Positions 23,667-35,791 are shown, counted from the first letter of the whole stretch. The stretch: DNA of 63,955 bases, filler included, from Lenisia limosa (GCA_001655205.1; 8 parts of 8 records of this genome joined end to end with filler, not necessarily neighbours in it), one strand, 5' to 3'. Notes: generated by a model from the letters alone, not told the origin. Translations and numbers: made by a program.

Positions 23667-26600
23667 ATAATAGGGCTTCGGCCGATTTTGTCACTCAATT
23701 TGCCAAGAAGCACCGAGCCTGAAAAGTGAACTCAGCACATCCATTGTTAATCCGAGGTAAACTGTGGCACAGCTAAGGCTTCCTTACTATCAGAAAAAAG
23801 ACGGTAAAATATCGATATTTATCGAGGATATATCGAGGAATTCAGTCTTTTTTAGGATCGCACACACAAGGAAGCTGACCGCACACACAAGGAAGCTCAA
23901 GACACAACCTTCGTATCCCTCCCACCCAGGGCGTCAGTACCCGAGAAGAGACAAAGCAGCATGGTAACGTAACTTTCTCCAACCTGATATGTAAGTCGGG
24001 GGGGGGGGTAGCAATGTAAGGGGTAATATGGTAGGAAATGGATGTTAGGGAATAGATGTCCTCAATTGGAGTTGAGGATGTCATAAGGAGAGGTATGTAT
24101 TTGTACACTTCAAAAAAGCAGAAATAATAATAAAAACGATCGAGGGAAAGAGAGAAAGCATAGTTTGGAAGGGATCGAGGGAAAGGGAGAAAGTATAGTT
24201 TGGAACATTTGAGAAATCAACTCTTTTGAAATTATATTATAGAATCTTAAGACTTTGCGTTCAAAGTGAAAATTTTCTGAGATAGGTTGCGTATGGATCA
24301 TGTCCGCAGGGCCTTGAGCTACCATTTGTCCGAAGGTTGAAACTGAAGGTGGTTTGATATTCTCTAATGTTACACTGTGGTGTTAATGTAATAGCAGCCG
24401 GTATGACGGAATTTGGAGGGGCAGTGACCAGGCCTGTCGTTTGATCCAGGTGGCACTACTCAGGCCTCCGCTTCTCGGAAGAACTGCACCCCACGTAATT
24501 CAGAGTTAGTCTGAATATTTCACAATTATATCATAAATTGTTTCCATTGATTAAATTTGAGAGGATATCTTTAGAATCAACTTTAATTAAGAAGTATAAG
24601 GTCTTCTGGGAGCCTGGGACCGGGTTCAATTCAGAACTGATAAGAAGGCGACTCAAATCTTACTCTGAGTTCCTGAAGAGGTTAGAGATACAAATTTCTC
24701 CTTTTCCCTACAGTCCAACAACGTCTTCTTATTTTCGATTCGATAGGTTTTCTGACTTCACTCAGTCAAGCAAACCATTTATTCTATTTCTTGTTTGCTT
24801 TAAGATGTAATTGCAAGATTCTTGCAACATGTTCTCACCCATGTTGGATTAGTGTGGAACCCGAAAAAGGAAGACCGGCAGACTCTAATTAGTTGTGCTT
24901 CGAAAATTCTTGTTCTTTTATTTGATCCTGGTATAGATAGAGATACAAGCAGATTGAAATTTGGGCAAAGGTGAGGTATGCAGCAATTGCAAAGATACCC
25001 CGTCTTCGCATACAGTTTATTGGTGAGGCATGCAGCATTGCATTACATTCAGCATGTTCCAACATACTCTGACATGTTGGTTCTTTTCTTTATTTATAAT
25101 TTTTTACTTTAGGAACACATTGCAACTTTGGTTGCTGAAACATAGGCGGTGCTACCCGAGTACTTCCAAAGCAAGTGCCCCGGGAAGTATTCCTATGATA
25201 ACTTGTCATTGTGGAGTTGGTTGGTTTGGCTGGTTTTCCTCTCTCTGTATACTGTGGATGTTGCGCCGTGCTGCGTGTCCAGCCAATCTAGTATGCTAAA
25301 CAACAAGATGATTACAACACATGATGAAATACACAATTAAAACTAATAAATAAAATAAGAGCAAAAAATAAATGAAATAGGAAAATCAAAATAAAACCAA
25401 AGTGGTTGGAAGTATCTTCTAAAATGATTCCAATAAAACACACACAAAGAGTCAATCAATATTTGACAACGTCAACAACAAGCAAGTCCACCCACTTCAG
25501 GCCCAATAAGTCCGTAGTACAGAGTCTGACTGAATCCGCTGTGTATCATGGGGAGCAGAAGGAGCTACAATGCGTTAAAACAGCATGACAATGATCAGAT
25601 AGGTATATTTTATCTGTATACTATATGCAGAAATTGCAATTGTATGATATAAAACATCTTATTAAGATTTTCGCCCTTCCCATTTCCCATCACTTCACCA
25701 GCATTATACCCACAGCCATTTCACCATACAAACCACAAGACACCACAGCCATTTCACCATACAAACCACAAAACACCACAGCCATTTCACCATACAAACC
25801 ACAAGACACCCACAGCCATCACTCCACGCCCTCTTCATTAGCATCAGACACCCACACCCACACAGTATTATAATAACCGTGTATAGCACCCACTACTATA
25901 CCCAATATTGTATACCCAGTACCGCCAACAGTATCATGACTTGGGCTTCACTTCGGTTCAAAAACAAGACTGAATTTCTCGATAAATCCTCGAAAACTAT
26001 CAATATTTTACCGGTCTTTTTTGAATCGAAGTGAAGCCCTCACATTACATCCACTATACCCCACGAGCATTGTGCCATTTCCAAATAGCGCAAAAGTGTC
26101 CATCACGTGCCGACCAAAAGACTTCGACTTAACTGCAGGGTAAAAAGGAGAGACTGAAGCACAACCATTGATTACCTAGTGAGTATTTTGGAAAAGAAGG
26201 AAGTATTTTGGAATAGAAGTAAATATCTTGGAATAGAAGTAAGTATTGGGGAGTAATCATTGAGTAATATGAGTGAACATTGAACATTGTGCTGATATAG
26301 CCCATGGTTGTCATCGTGATAAGCTAAACTCTCAAAATAAAGAGGGTTACAGAGACATGTTAAACTCCACAAAATAATGGATCTTATTGTGTTTTGAGAA
26401 ACCAAGAATTTTCAAAATAAGAAATATGATCAGAGGTGTGTAACGGATAGCAGTAAAGTCTTGACCAGAGTTTCTGAAGGGAAATATACACCCCCTTACC
26501 CCCAGCAGATTTCAGGGCTTCACGGTAGTCCTTCTCCCTGGGATATGAAACACGCAAAGAGGGGGAGAGGGGGAGGGTGAGGAGTAAAACGACAACCAAT

Positions 26601-27640
26601 AGAGAAGACCAATAAAATGTACCGAAAATTTGAAAAAAACATAAACGAACTGAAGAAAAGCTCACCTAGTCTTGAGGAAAGATAGGAGGAAAATTCCGAA
26701 GAGGACACAAACAGAAAGTGTCACAAAGAGAATCGCGACAGATACTCCCTACTTTTGTAAAGGCAGAATGAAAGAGATAGTATCGTGTTTATTATGCAAC
26801 TGTCTTACTCTGAAAGCTGAAATAGAAAAACATCCCTTCATTGCTCTGAATGTCACTTTCTCTTTCATGTGTATAAGCTACAAAATGTACAAGTTGTGCA
26901 CATAGCATATTACAGTATAGTGCCCCCCCCCCNNNNNNNNNNNNNNNNNNNNNNNNNNNNNNNNNNNNNNNNNNNNNNNNNNNNNNNNNNNNNNNNNNNN
27001 NNNNNNNNNNNNNTGGAGCATATAACTGGCACCACCAAATCCAACAACTCCGTGGAAGAAGAAGATAGAGAAAAACAGCCCCAGATTGCGGCCAATAGTG
27101 TTGTCATCAGAACATCTGAATGGGATTATGTACTAATGAGAGAGTCTGATTATAGTATGATGTTGTCAGGAAACATATGCGAGATAGCTATCAAGTCCAT
27201 ATCTAAATCAAAGATTGTCAACTTTAGCAAATACTCTCTCCACAACCACTCCATCCCCGGACCTCTCCACCCCGCCCTCACCTTGCCACCATTGCCCCCT
27301 GTGAGGTCCAGACGAGGCTGGCTCCAAGCCCAAGGAACACAGAAGATGCCAGGTAAATCGGTACTATCAACTAGGGGGGGGGGGGATGAGAACATTACTC
27401 TATGATATAACATCAAAGTCAAACATACAGTATTGAACCAGTGGAATAATACAAGCCTGAAAATTTACCAGACAGCAGATTACACGCCTAAGGCTTCACT
27501 TCAGTTCGGGAAAATATCGATAGTTTTCAAGGATTTCTCGAGAAACCCAGTTTTTTTCCGAACCGAATAATATGATAGCAGGATACAAACCTTAATATTA
27601 GCCACAATATACGATAGGTACAGACACGTGCCTGTGAGGA
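23638..27640 (-). CDS. UNC-93/MFSD11-like MFS membrane protein (both ends cut by contig joins)
   Basis: Exons GTCLYLSYIVANIK, IYLASSVFLGLGASLVWTSQG, DDNTIGRNLGLFFSIFFFHGVVG, ILFVTLSVCVLFGIFLLSFLKT, LLLLPMIHSGFSQTLYYGLIGPE (25564-25496), VGESYVTMLLCLFSGTDAL (23983-23926) and GSVLLGKLSDKIGRSPIMAWTFVGGYA (23718-23638) follow UNC-93 family order and motifs. Confidence 0.85.
23774..23855. mobile_element. Degenerate family A MITE
   Basis: TAAGGCTTCC..AAAAAAGACGGTAAAATATCGATA..GAGGAATTCAGTCTTTTT; intronic. Confidence 0.65.
24056..25299 (+). CDS. Putative multi-exon gene nested antisense in a 1512-nt intron of the UNC-93-like gene
   Basis: GC-richer blocks bounded by plus-strand donors (GTATGT, GTTAGA, GTGAGG, GTTGGT) and pyrimidine-tract acceptors; readable segments VFWEPGTGFNSELIRRRLKSYSEFLK, LLVRHAALHYIQHVPTYSD and NTLQLWLLKHRRCY. 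Full splice chain not resolved. Confidence 0.45.
25710..25815. repeat. 33-nt tandem repeat x3, intronic
   Basis: CACAGCCATTTCACCATACAAACCACAAGACAC repeated. Confidence 0.9.
25941..26041. mobile_element. Family A MITE (full length)
   Basis: GGGCTTCACTTCGG...CGAAGTGAAGCCC with the full family core; TSD eroded. Confidence 0.85.
27489..27567. mobile_element. Family A MITE remnant
   Basis: TAAGGCTTCACTTCAGTTCGGGAAAATATCGATAGTTTTCAAGGATTT. Confidence 0.7.
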
Positions 27641-27784
27641 TGGAAGGTCTAAAATCGTAATAAATCGGGATGTGAAGATAGGAGNNNNNNNNNNNNNNNN
27701 NNNNNNNNNNNNNNNNNNNNNNNNNNNNTTAATTAATTAANNNNNNNNNNNNNNNNNNNNNNNNNNNNNNNNNNNNNNNNNNNN

Positions 27785-29974
27785 TTCCCACGTACCAGCG
27801 GATTTGAAAACCGACTTCAAGGCCTTACACTCCAGATGGTGCTGAGGGATCAGAATTGTTTAGCTGTGTAACTTTATAGTGTCACGTCAAAAACAAATTT
27901 GTAAAAATGTTACCATACTTACATTGATATATTTTCTACATGCTTGTCATAAATATATCACATGCATATCATATAGAAAAATATTACGATAAAAGTATGA
28001 TAGAAAATATATCAATGTGTAGATATTACTTGATGGTAACATTTTTACAAGGTGTTAAATTTGTTTTTGATGTGACTGTATTTTCTAACAAACGCCAAAA
28101 AAATAGCACCCGTCAAGATTGTGATACCTGGGGTAAAGTTCAGGTAAGTGGGGAGGAGTGAACAGAAATTCTATTCCCTCTTACGAAGTTATGGGCACTG
28201 TGTCTGCAGGCCTCAGAACAATACGATGTAATACCACAGCTGCAAGTCTGCGGAATAAACCTTGGCAGCCAAAATGAGATCGTTTTTATCACAATTAGGA
28301 TTCACATCGGTATCGAAATATGTATATCGATGATTTATCGAGAAATTTAGGATCGAGGCTCTAATCACAATGAAAACCCATCATAACGCGAAAACGAATG
28401 AGTATCACTCCTTCAGTTCCGAATCTTCAAAAAAAAAAATCGGAAAAATCGGAAATATGGATCGACCGTTCATACCCCTCCCTAAGACCTTCAAAGGGTG
28501 GCCAGAGAGAGGAGCAGTGATTTGCACGGTATCAGGAATGCCTTCCGGCAGACCCATAGGGACGTCCATTTTCATACAGTGATCACTGAAAAGTTATCGG
28601 GAACTTCATTGGAAAGGTCAAGAACTTCATTTGGTTCAGGAGCAGCTGTCACATAACCCTCAAAATGGTCACATAACCCTCCAAATGATCACATAACCTT
28701 CCAAATGATCACATAACCCCACCAACCAAACATGCCCCCAGTATTGCTCAGCTGGTACCCAGATTCTTGATTCGTCAACAGCTAGCACCTCTCCGGCAGC
28801 GACGTCCCCTAAAGCAATTATGGCAGGGATGATGGNNNNNNNNNNNNNNNNNNNNNNNNNNNNNNNNNNNNNNNNNNNNNNNNNNNNNNNNNNNNNNNNN
28901 NNNNNNNNNNNNNNNNNNNNNNNNNNNNNNNNNNNNNNNNNNNNNNNNNNNNNNNNNNNNNNNNNNNNNNNNNNNNNNNNNNNNNNNNNNNNNNNNNNNN
29001 NNNNNNNNNNNNNNNNNNNNNNNNNNNNNNNNNNNNNNNNNNNNNNNNNNNNNNNNNNNNNNNNNNNNNNNNNNNNNNNNNNNNNNNNNNNNNNNNNNNN
29101 NNNNNNNNNNNNNNNNNNNNNNNNNNNNNNNNNNNNNNNNNNNNNNNNNNNNNNNNNNNGGCCTTGACCACACAACAGGGCTGATCCTCTGAGAACGCGC
29201 CCTTTGCCTGCAATCATCACCATTAGGGCTTCAGTTCAGTTCAAAAAAAGACTGGATTTCTCGATAAATCCTCAAAAACTATCGATAATTTACCAGTCTT
29301 TTTCAGAAGTGAAGCCCTAAATACCAAAGCACTCCAAATCTTCTTTTGAATCAAAGCCTGGTTCTATAAATCATACTATGTCATTTGTGTAAATAGGACT
29401 TATCAAGAATTTAAGAATGACAATTAAGTCAATGGAGGTTATAATGAGAGTAATCCCAAGAATGCTATTCTGAGTGAAACCAACGCCAGCCATATCATAA
29501 GGGATGTTATAAAGCCACAATCGTGTCAATAAAGTAGTTTAACAAAACAAAATCTTGATACAAAGAGTGCTTCAAAACCTACAGCAAGAGCCTCGGCCTT
29601 TTCCTTGACCTTGGACTTGAGAAGATCCGTTTGGAACATGGGGAGGACTGGGGCTTTGTCCGAGGGATCCTCAGACACCACCTCTGAGGTGGGTAAAAAT
29701 GGAATGCCCGTATCACTATGCTAAAGGAGTCAAGAAGAGCCACAAACGTTGGAAGTAGTCATCATATGCGTTCTTGTATTGGTCTGTCATGCCTGATGGG
29801 TACTGTTGCCCAGCAGCTGAACTGTCAGTGGAGGAGAGAGGAACAATCCAGAATTCCTTGAAAGAGCAAGGTATTGGTATCATAAAGGAAGTACGGAAAT
29901 TAACATGCCACAATAGCCATATTCCACCCACCAAGCACGGCAGCTGCCGCAGCAAACATGGGATCTTGCGACAT
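27785..29974 (-). CDS. SMYD-like SET/MYND-domain protein, N-terminal part
   Basis: IIALGDVAAGEVLAVDESRIWVP (SET N-terminal strand), then DHCMKM and TCSCGITSYCSEACRHSAHNF|HHLECKALKSVF (MYND finger); cut at the spacer; start tentative. Confidence 0.7.
28296..28363. mobile_element. Internally deleted family A MITE with perfect TSD
   Basis: TAGGATTCAC...GAGGCTCTA flanked by ATCACAAT on both sides. Confidence 0.8.
28648..28718. repeat. About 19-nt tandem repeat x4, intronic
   Basis: TCACATAACCCTCCAAATG-type units. Confidence 0.85.
29224..29319. mobile_element. Family A MITE (full length)
   Basis: TAGGGCTTCA...TGAAGCCCTA; flanks ATCACCAT/AATACCAA (5/8). Confidence 0.85.
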
Positions 29975-30219
29975 TGAACTCGGAAACTGCCCGTTAAACC
30001 CCTGTTGTTCTCTTCTCCTCTCTGTTTATGTATATTTGTATGTGTGTATAAGTTTTGCAGTCGGAGAATTGCAAGAGGTGGCTTGGATTTTTTTGGGGAA
30101 AGATAAGGTGCTTTGGGGGGTTTATATCGGTCTTCTTTTTTTTCTTCCGCGGACCTCACACACACACACACACACAGTGTGCACACAACAAATCAGTAAC
30201 AACCAAGACCGCGCATCAA

Positions 30220-31790
30220 AATAGAGAGGAAAAGGTTGTTGGAACGAAGTGTGAAATTAATTCTATCATCATCATTTCTGCTTTTAATTAACAGCAATTA
30301 GAGGTTTAGGATTGTATTATCATATTTTACAACTCTGTAGTAAATCAGAACCTGGAAAACCCTTTTAACTTTGTAGACTTAGCCATGACAGTTCAATACC
30401 TTCAGCATCATGTCATTGACTTCGAGAAAGCCAATCATCATCTTGTCTTGCCTGACGAGTCCAGTGAGCGGATGGAGTAAGGAAGAGCGGATTATATCAG
30501 TTATATTTTCAAAGAGTTTGGTAAACATTGGAAACAATCAAGTTTGCACTCTGAGGGGATGCTGGGGAGGCATGCAGAACTGTGTGCACAGATTTGTTAG
30601 GCAAATGATTTGGTGAATTAATATTAAACTATAATTCAATATCTCGTATAAGCGTGATAATGTGAACGGCTTCGGCCAGATACATCTTTATTTTTTTATT
30701 TCTCATTGCTAAACAAGAGGGGATGGGGCTTGGAAGAGCGCGTTTACGTTACAGTACTAACCTCTTTCATTATGTGCCCTAATTTTCATTTTCGTCACTT
30801 TCCCTTTTTCCCTGTGATTTTTTTATTATTATTATTCCTTCTTTTTCCGCTGTGCCGCCAGCTACCTTCTTGCCTCTGCTTTTTCTACAGTTCTCGATTT
30901 ATATTAATAAGTCAACTCGTACACCTCTTGCGACGATGGTGGTTGCTAGTTACCAAAGTAATTGCTGGATGGACTGAGAAATTTAATACATACCAACTCT
31001 TCTATCAACAACAATGACAGGGATGTCTACCTCCCAATAACATACAAGACCTTGAGAGAATAGGGTCATAAAGCTGACCATTCTCTTAATCATTGCAGTT
31101 TTATTCAGGGTCCCCGACTGGAAATCTGGCTGTAGTAGCTTGAAACATGGTTGCCCGAGAGCTTGAGAAAGCAATTCGAAATACGGAAATCCCTAAAGAT
31201 GTGAACGATGTGAACCTGTTCGTATCTATATCCTCAATTCAACCAATTCTTTCAGTCAGCACTTTCTAATGCCACTCCTGAAGTCACCACCACGACTTTC
31301 TAATGCCACTCCTGAAGTCACCACCACGACTTTCTAATGCCACTCTGAAGTCACCACCACGACTTTCGTTGTGAATGACCTCATTGACTGATAATAGCCA
31401 ACCCCAGCAATCTGACGACAAAACCGCAGTATGATTGACGGATAACTTACAGCTCATGGATTTGTTTTCGAGAAGCGTCATTGGTCCCTCCAATTCGTTT
31501 CAATTGAAAGCCTGTTGAAATGAAATAGAACAATAGAACCACCTAGAAACGACATCCAGACGTTTAATGATCTGAAGTTTGGCTTCATCAAGAAGAATGG
31601 CCATCTTCTTCTTCCACCCCATCTCTTGGGATCCGTCGAATCAAAATCTCATTTCCAGTGGTACCTTTACCTTCTAAATGAGAACGATGTGATGGTTCAG
31701 TAGCAAGGGTAGTGAAGGAAGGTTCACAGTACCAAATACCAGGAATGGATACTTTAAGCAATAGAGTGTTACCATCAAACGCTGAAACAT
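30220..31790 (-). CDS. Multi-exon hypothetical protein
   Basis: Exons LSSDCWGWLLSVNEVIHNESRGGDF, GFPYFELLSQALGQPCFKLLQPDFQSGTLNKTAMIKRM and SSLLHPLTGLVRQDKMMIGFLEVNDMMLK; no family recognised. Confidence 0.4.
30634..30710 (+). repeat. Repeat family B, best-preserved copy
   Basis: ATATCTCGTATAAGCGTGATAATGTGAACGGCTTCGGCCAGATACATCTTTATTTTTTTATTTCTCATTGCT. Confidence 0.8.
31261..31366. repeat. 33/34-nt tandem repeat x3 at an exon end
   Basis: ACTTTCTAATGCCACTCCTGAAGTCACCACCACG repeated. Confidence 0.9.
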
Positions 31791-31988
31791 AATAAAAATA
31801 CTTAAAAGCAAAAAAAAAAACCTTTCTCTATGGCGATATGTTTTACCAATCTCTTTTAAAATTTCATTATATTTATCAGAGGTATACTTGTTGCAATTCT
31901 TCTCGTTCATATAACTATAACAATAAACAGAACGCTATTATTTTTTTTCTCAAACATTTTTTTGAGGAAAATCTTATTATTTCCAAGA

Positions 31989-34900
31989 ATGGAAGGAACC
32001 GTCACCAGAAGAGAGAAGCTCTTGCCTCAACTTTGTGAAGGAGAAGGTTTGTGGATTCGAATGGATGGTAAATTCTTGATACATCTTGTTTAACTCCTTC
32101 GAGCTGACAAATGTGGTATGAAATAAAACGGCTATTGATACTTGTCAGGAAGAATATATTATACTATATGATATACATGTAGGTATGAAAAATAACATAT
32201 TATCTTGCCGAAGCCGTTCACACCATCACATTTTGAAGAGGTATTATATATGGGATTATAGTAAAATATGATTTCACCCCAATTTTTATAACTCTAGTTT
32301 CAATATATTCTTCCTGACAAGTATCAATAGCCGTTTTATTTCATACCACATTTGTCAGCTCNNNNNNNNNNAAAGATGACAATTATGTCATTGATGAGTT
32401 TCTAATTGGTGTTAGAAGGTACTTCTTTTGATTCACGGCTTCAACCTTGGCGAAGATTCAATCGATACCTACATTGACAACATCAAGAAGACCGCTTCAA
32501 ATGCATTCAAAAAAGGTTGGATATGTTGAAAAATTGCCTCAATCTGTTCCTTGGTGTGTATTTGGAATGGGGGGAGGGTCCGATCCATGCCTTCATTTCC
32601 ATATGCATTTGTTACAGCGTATAATCCTTATGCTACACAAATGATGTTACACTGCCTTTTTTGTCAATTTCAACTGACAGTTTAGAGTACCGAGTTTTAA
32701 TCATGAAGTGGCCTGGTTACCATGTAAGCAAATGTACAGGTCATGTAGGAGTCCTTTTTTGAAGCAATTAATTGAAATAAATTGGCGGGGGCGGGGGTCT
32801 CGTTAGCATATGTCTCACTTCAATTTTTAAAAAGAATCGTTTAATTACGTAGCAATTATTTCATTTGTACAAAAGAATCGATCTAATTGATCTAGGACAG
32901 AGTGCGGTACCAGGACGCCAAGAGTTCAGCCAAGAAAGCAGCAGACTACCCGTGGCTCAATGAGCTTGTTTCAACAATCATGGTGGGTACTTGTTTGGTG
33001 CTGTGAGATCAGACAAAAGATTGATGACTCTGATAAACCATGGATCAAGTCTTCTAAGTTCCCTCACATCGTCCAGACTACCGCAATGAACGTCAACGTT
33101 CTCGCCCACTCCATGGGATGCTACCTGTTCATGAGATACATGAGTAAATTCCCCGAACATGCTTGTGGGAGGGACAGTTTATAATGAACCTCAATCAATG
33201 GTAATTGTAGAGTCTTTGTGGTGTTAACTCTAATTGTAATTGTAGAGTCTTTGTTGTGTTAGCTCTAATTGTATAGTTTTTCTGCTTTTTTCGCTCTAAT
33301 TGTAGAGTTTTTGTGCTGTTCGCATCATTTTAGTCGGATAATGCATTACATAACCATATGATATGCTGTTTATTGAACTAAATACTCTCTGTTCCAAAGA
33401 TGATAATTCGCATTCGGCCGAATTTACCTTTCAGGCAACCTGCGAAGGGTCTTCTTTGTTGGTGCTGCCCTTTCTAAGTTCCATCTTGAAAAAGAGTGGG
33501 GGCTTCACTTCGGCGCATCGACTTGCGATTCTGATGGAAAATCTGGGGCCCATTGTAATTATCTGAAGAAATTTATGGATTGCCCAATACTACCTGGGAC
33601 TCCCAAGTCAGTGCGCTGTTGTGCTTTGCAATTAGGGCTTCACTTTGGTTGAAAAAAAGCGGGAAAATAGCGATAGTTTTCGATGATTTATCTCTGAAAT
33701 TCAGTCTTTTTTCGAACCGAAGTGAAGCTATTTGCAATGGAGCCTACAACTTCGTTTGATTGGTTTTGGACAGTATAACGTTTCAGGTGGTTCAACACAG
33801 CGATGGAAGCTCTCAGAGGAAAACTGACCATGTTCTACAGCAAGAATGACAAGGTGTTATCCTGGATGTGAGGGGTGCTATGATGATGTGGATGATGTGA
33901 GGGATGCTATGATGATGTGTGGGGTGACAGCTAGGTCACTCTGGTTTGAAAAAGACCTGTAATATCGATAGCTTTCGAGGATTAAAAAAGAAATTCAGTC
34001 TTTTTTTGAACCGAAGTGAAGGACTATATCGTTAGTGGATGTGAGTGTGTCCACTGGTGCCGGGACTTGTTTCAACCTTGTGCATTGATGCCGGGACTTG
34101 TTTCAACATTGAGTGATCAAATTGCTTGTGTCATTTTTGATCCAATCATTTAGCATGGGCTATGGAGAGAGTATTCCCCACCATTTGGAGGCAGCGTTCT
34201 TGCCATTTGCTGGTAGGAAGGGTTCTCTTTCATTTTGCCTTGGAATCTGTAACAGAAGACAGCCCCCCCTTCCCATCATGGATTTCTCAAATTTAGACAA
34301 GGTTTATTATTATTATTATATTATTTATTTCCTCCGATTTTACCCCCCAGCCGCGCATGCCCTTCACCAGGCGTTCCACAAGTTCAAATCCGAGGATCTT
34401 GGAAGTGTGTACTTCTCTAGTAGGCTACAGGGAAATATGCAACCTTCCACGCTACATGCATTGTGATGTTATTGTTGATTGACATAGGTATATGTAATTA
34501 CATGTAGTATATAATATATAAGTTTTGACTCTTGGCCCCATATCCCCCAACCCCATTATGTGCGTTTTTTTTTCTCTGGCGAGACCCCCCACACACACAT
34601 GGGAAAACTTATATAGTATATGATATTTGCTACGCTAACAGGCGTAGTGAAGAAACAAGGGCGAAAGAGCATTCCTGATATCTGTGACGTTTCTACCACA
34701 GTTGCTGATCATTCGGCTTACTATGCAAGCTCTCAGGTTTGTTATAAATTACATATCATATGCTACCGGCCAAAAACCTCGCCATTCAATCATTTTTGGT
34801 GCTTTTTCACACTATTACAACTTATGTTTGCTCGTTTGCTACTATGTCGTATTATTAGAAAGCTATGTCATTCGTTTTCAAAAGCGCTGGTTTGAATGCA

Positions 34901-35103
34901 GATCATATAATTAGAAATCAAAAAACCTATCATCCAATCCTAATGATGACCTATTTTATATTTAGCGAATTATCAGAGTGAACTGAACTGAACTGAACCT
35001 AGGTGTGGGACAGGCTGGAGACCAAAGTACATTCCAAGTTCTACCGAAGCACAGCGAAGGAGGTGCACGTCTCTACTGCCCTTGAGGTGGCTCGTGAACC
35101 TTA
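31989..35103 (+). CDS. DUF900-type alpha/beta hydrolase
   Basis: KVLLLIHGFN, DRVRYQDAKSSA, NVNVLAHSMG (nucleophile elbow), RRVFFVGAAL, LTMFYSKNDK and VADHSAYY occur in the order typical of DUF900; start and stop tentative. Confidence 0.72.
32101..32361. repeat. Perfect 60-bp inverted repeat with a 141-nt spacer, ending at a gap
   Basis: 32101-32160 is the exact reverse complement of 32302-32361. Confidence 0.9.
33203..33310. repeat. Imperfect intronic tandem repeat
   Basis: TAATTGTAGAGTCTTTGT(G/T)GTGTTA(A/G)CTC-type units. Confidence 0.8.
33633..33730. mobile_element. Family A MITE with perfect 8-bp TSD
   Basis: TTTGCAAT-TAGGGCTTCAC...GTGAAGCTA-TTTGCAAT. Confidence 0.92.
33932..34026. mobile_element. 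Degenerate family A MITE
   Basis: Keeps AATATCGATAGCTTTCGAGG and GAAATTCAGTCTTTTTTTGAACCGAAGTGAAG. Confidence 0.75.
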
Positions 35104-35393
35104 GGGGAAGACTCGCGTTAACGATCATTTTTGATGTTCGTTGTTTATTGTTTATTTTTTGATTTGTTCATTTTGTAGATATTGTATTTATTTGTTTTAT
35201 ATGTTTTTGTTATTATATGATATTGTTAATTATGTGTACCATGTGGAGATGACAACTATGTGTTGTGCCTCAAGTGAATGGCAATAATTATGCGGGATGC
35301 ACCTCAAATTTTGCCATACTCAAATTTTGCCCCGCCCCGTGTATTGTGCCCCAAGTGAATGATGACAATACTACATTATAGATACCTGGGGGT

Positions 35394-35791
35394 CTAGAGG
35401 TACAGCGAGGCTGCGAAAACGATGTCCCTCTTAATGGCAACAGAAGCCGACTCGAACTTGTCCGCCTGTGGGGTGAGAGGGATACAATTGGGAACTTTAT
35501 GAAACAAAAGAAGCCAAGAGGAGGTGAGGGGATGGAGAGGAATTGATGAGGAATGTTGGCAAAATGAAAGTGGAGGGAATGGGAGAAAAGGGGCAAGGAG
35601 ATTATTTAGGTTTCGAACACCAATTGCAGCGGCTACAGGCAAACAGAGAAATGGAGAACAAAAAGGAATGCATATAAAATGCAGGGAAGGATTTTGAGTC
35701 AAGGAGATTTTAGCTTCTAAAAACACCTCACCAGTTCGTTATCACCAAGGGTTCTCGCAGCACCTGCAAGCTGCCTGATCAGCTCTTCTAA
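35394..35791 (-). CDS. MTR4: MTR4/SKI2-family RNA helicase, extreme C-terminus (DSHCT)
   Basis: LEELIRQLAGAARTLGDNEL|ADKFESASVAIKRDIVFAASLYL* matches the conserved ..KRDIVFAASLYL terminus. Confidence 0.85.

Noticed and set aside
23352-23713. CRISPR-like array or repeat-protein ORFs in three frames
   Set aside because: Units are contiguous with no spacers and no cas genes; the 32-nt period simply keeps all frames open.
28669-29223. Long ORFs made mostly of X in the ORF track
   Set aside because: They stay open only because N runs contain no stops.
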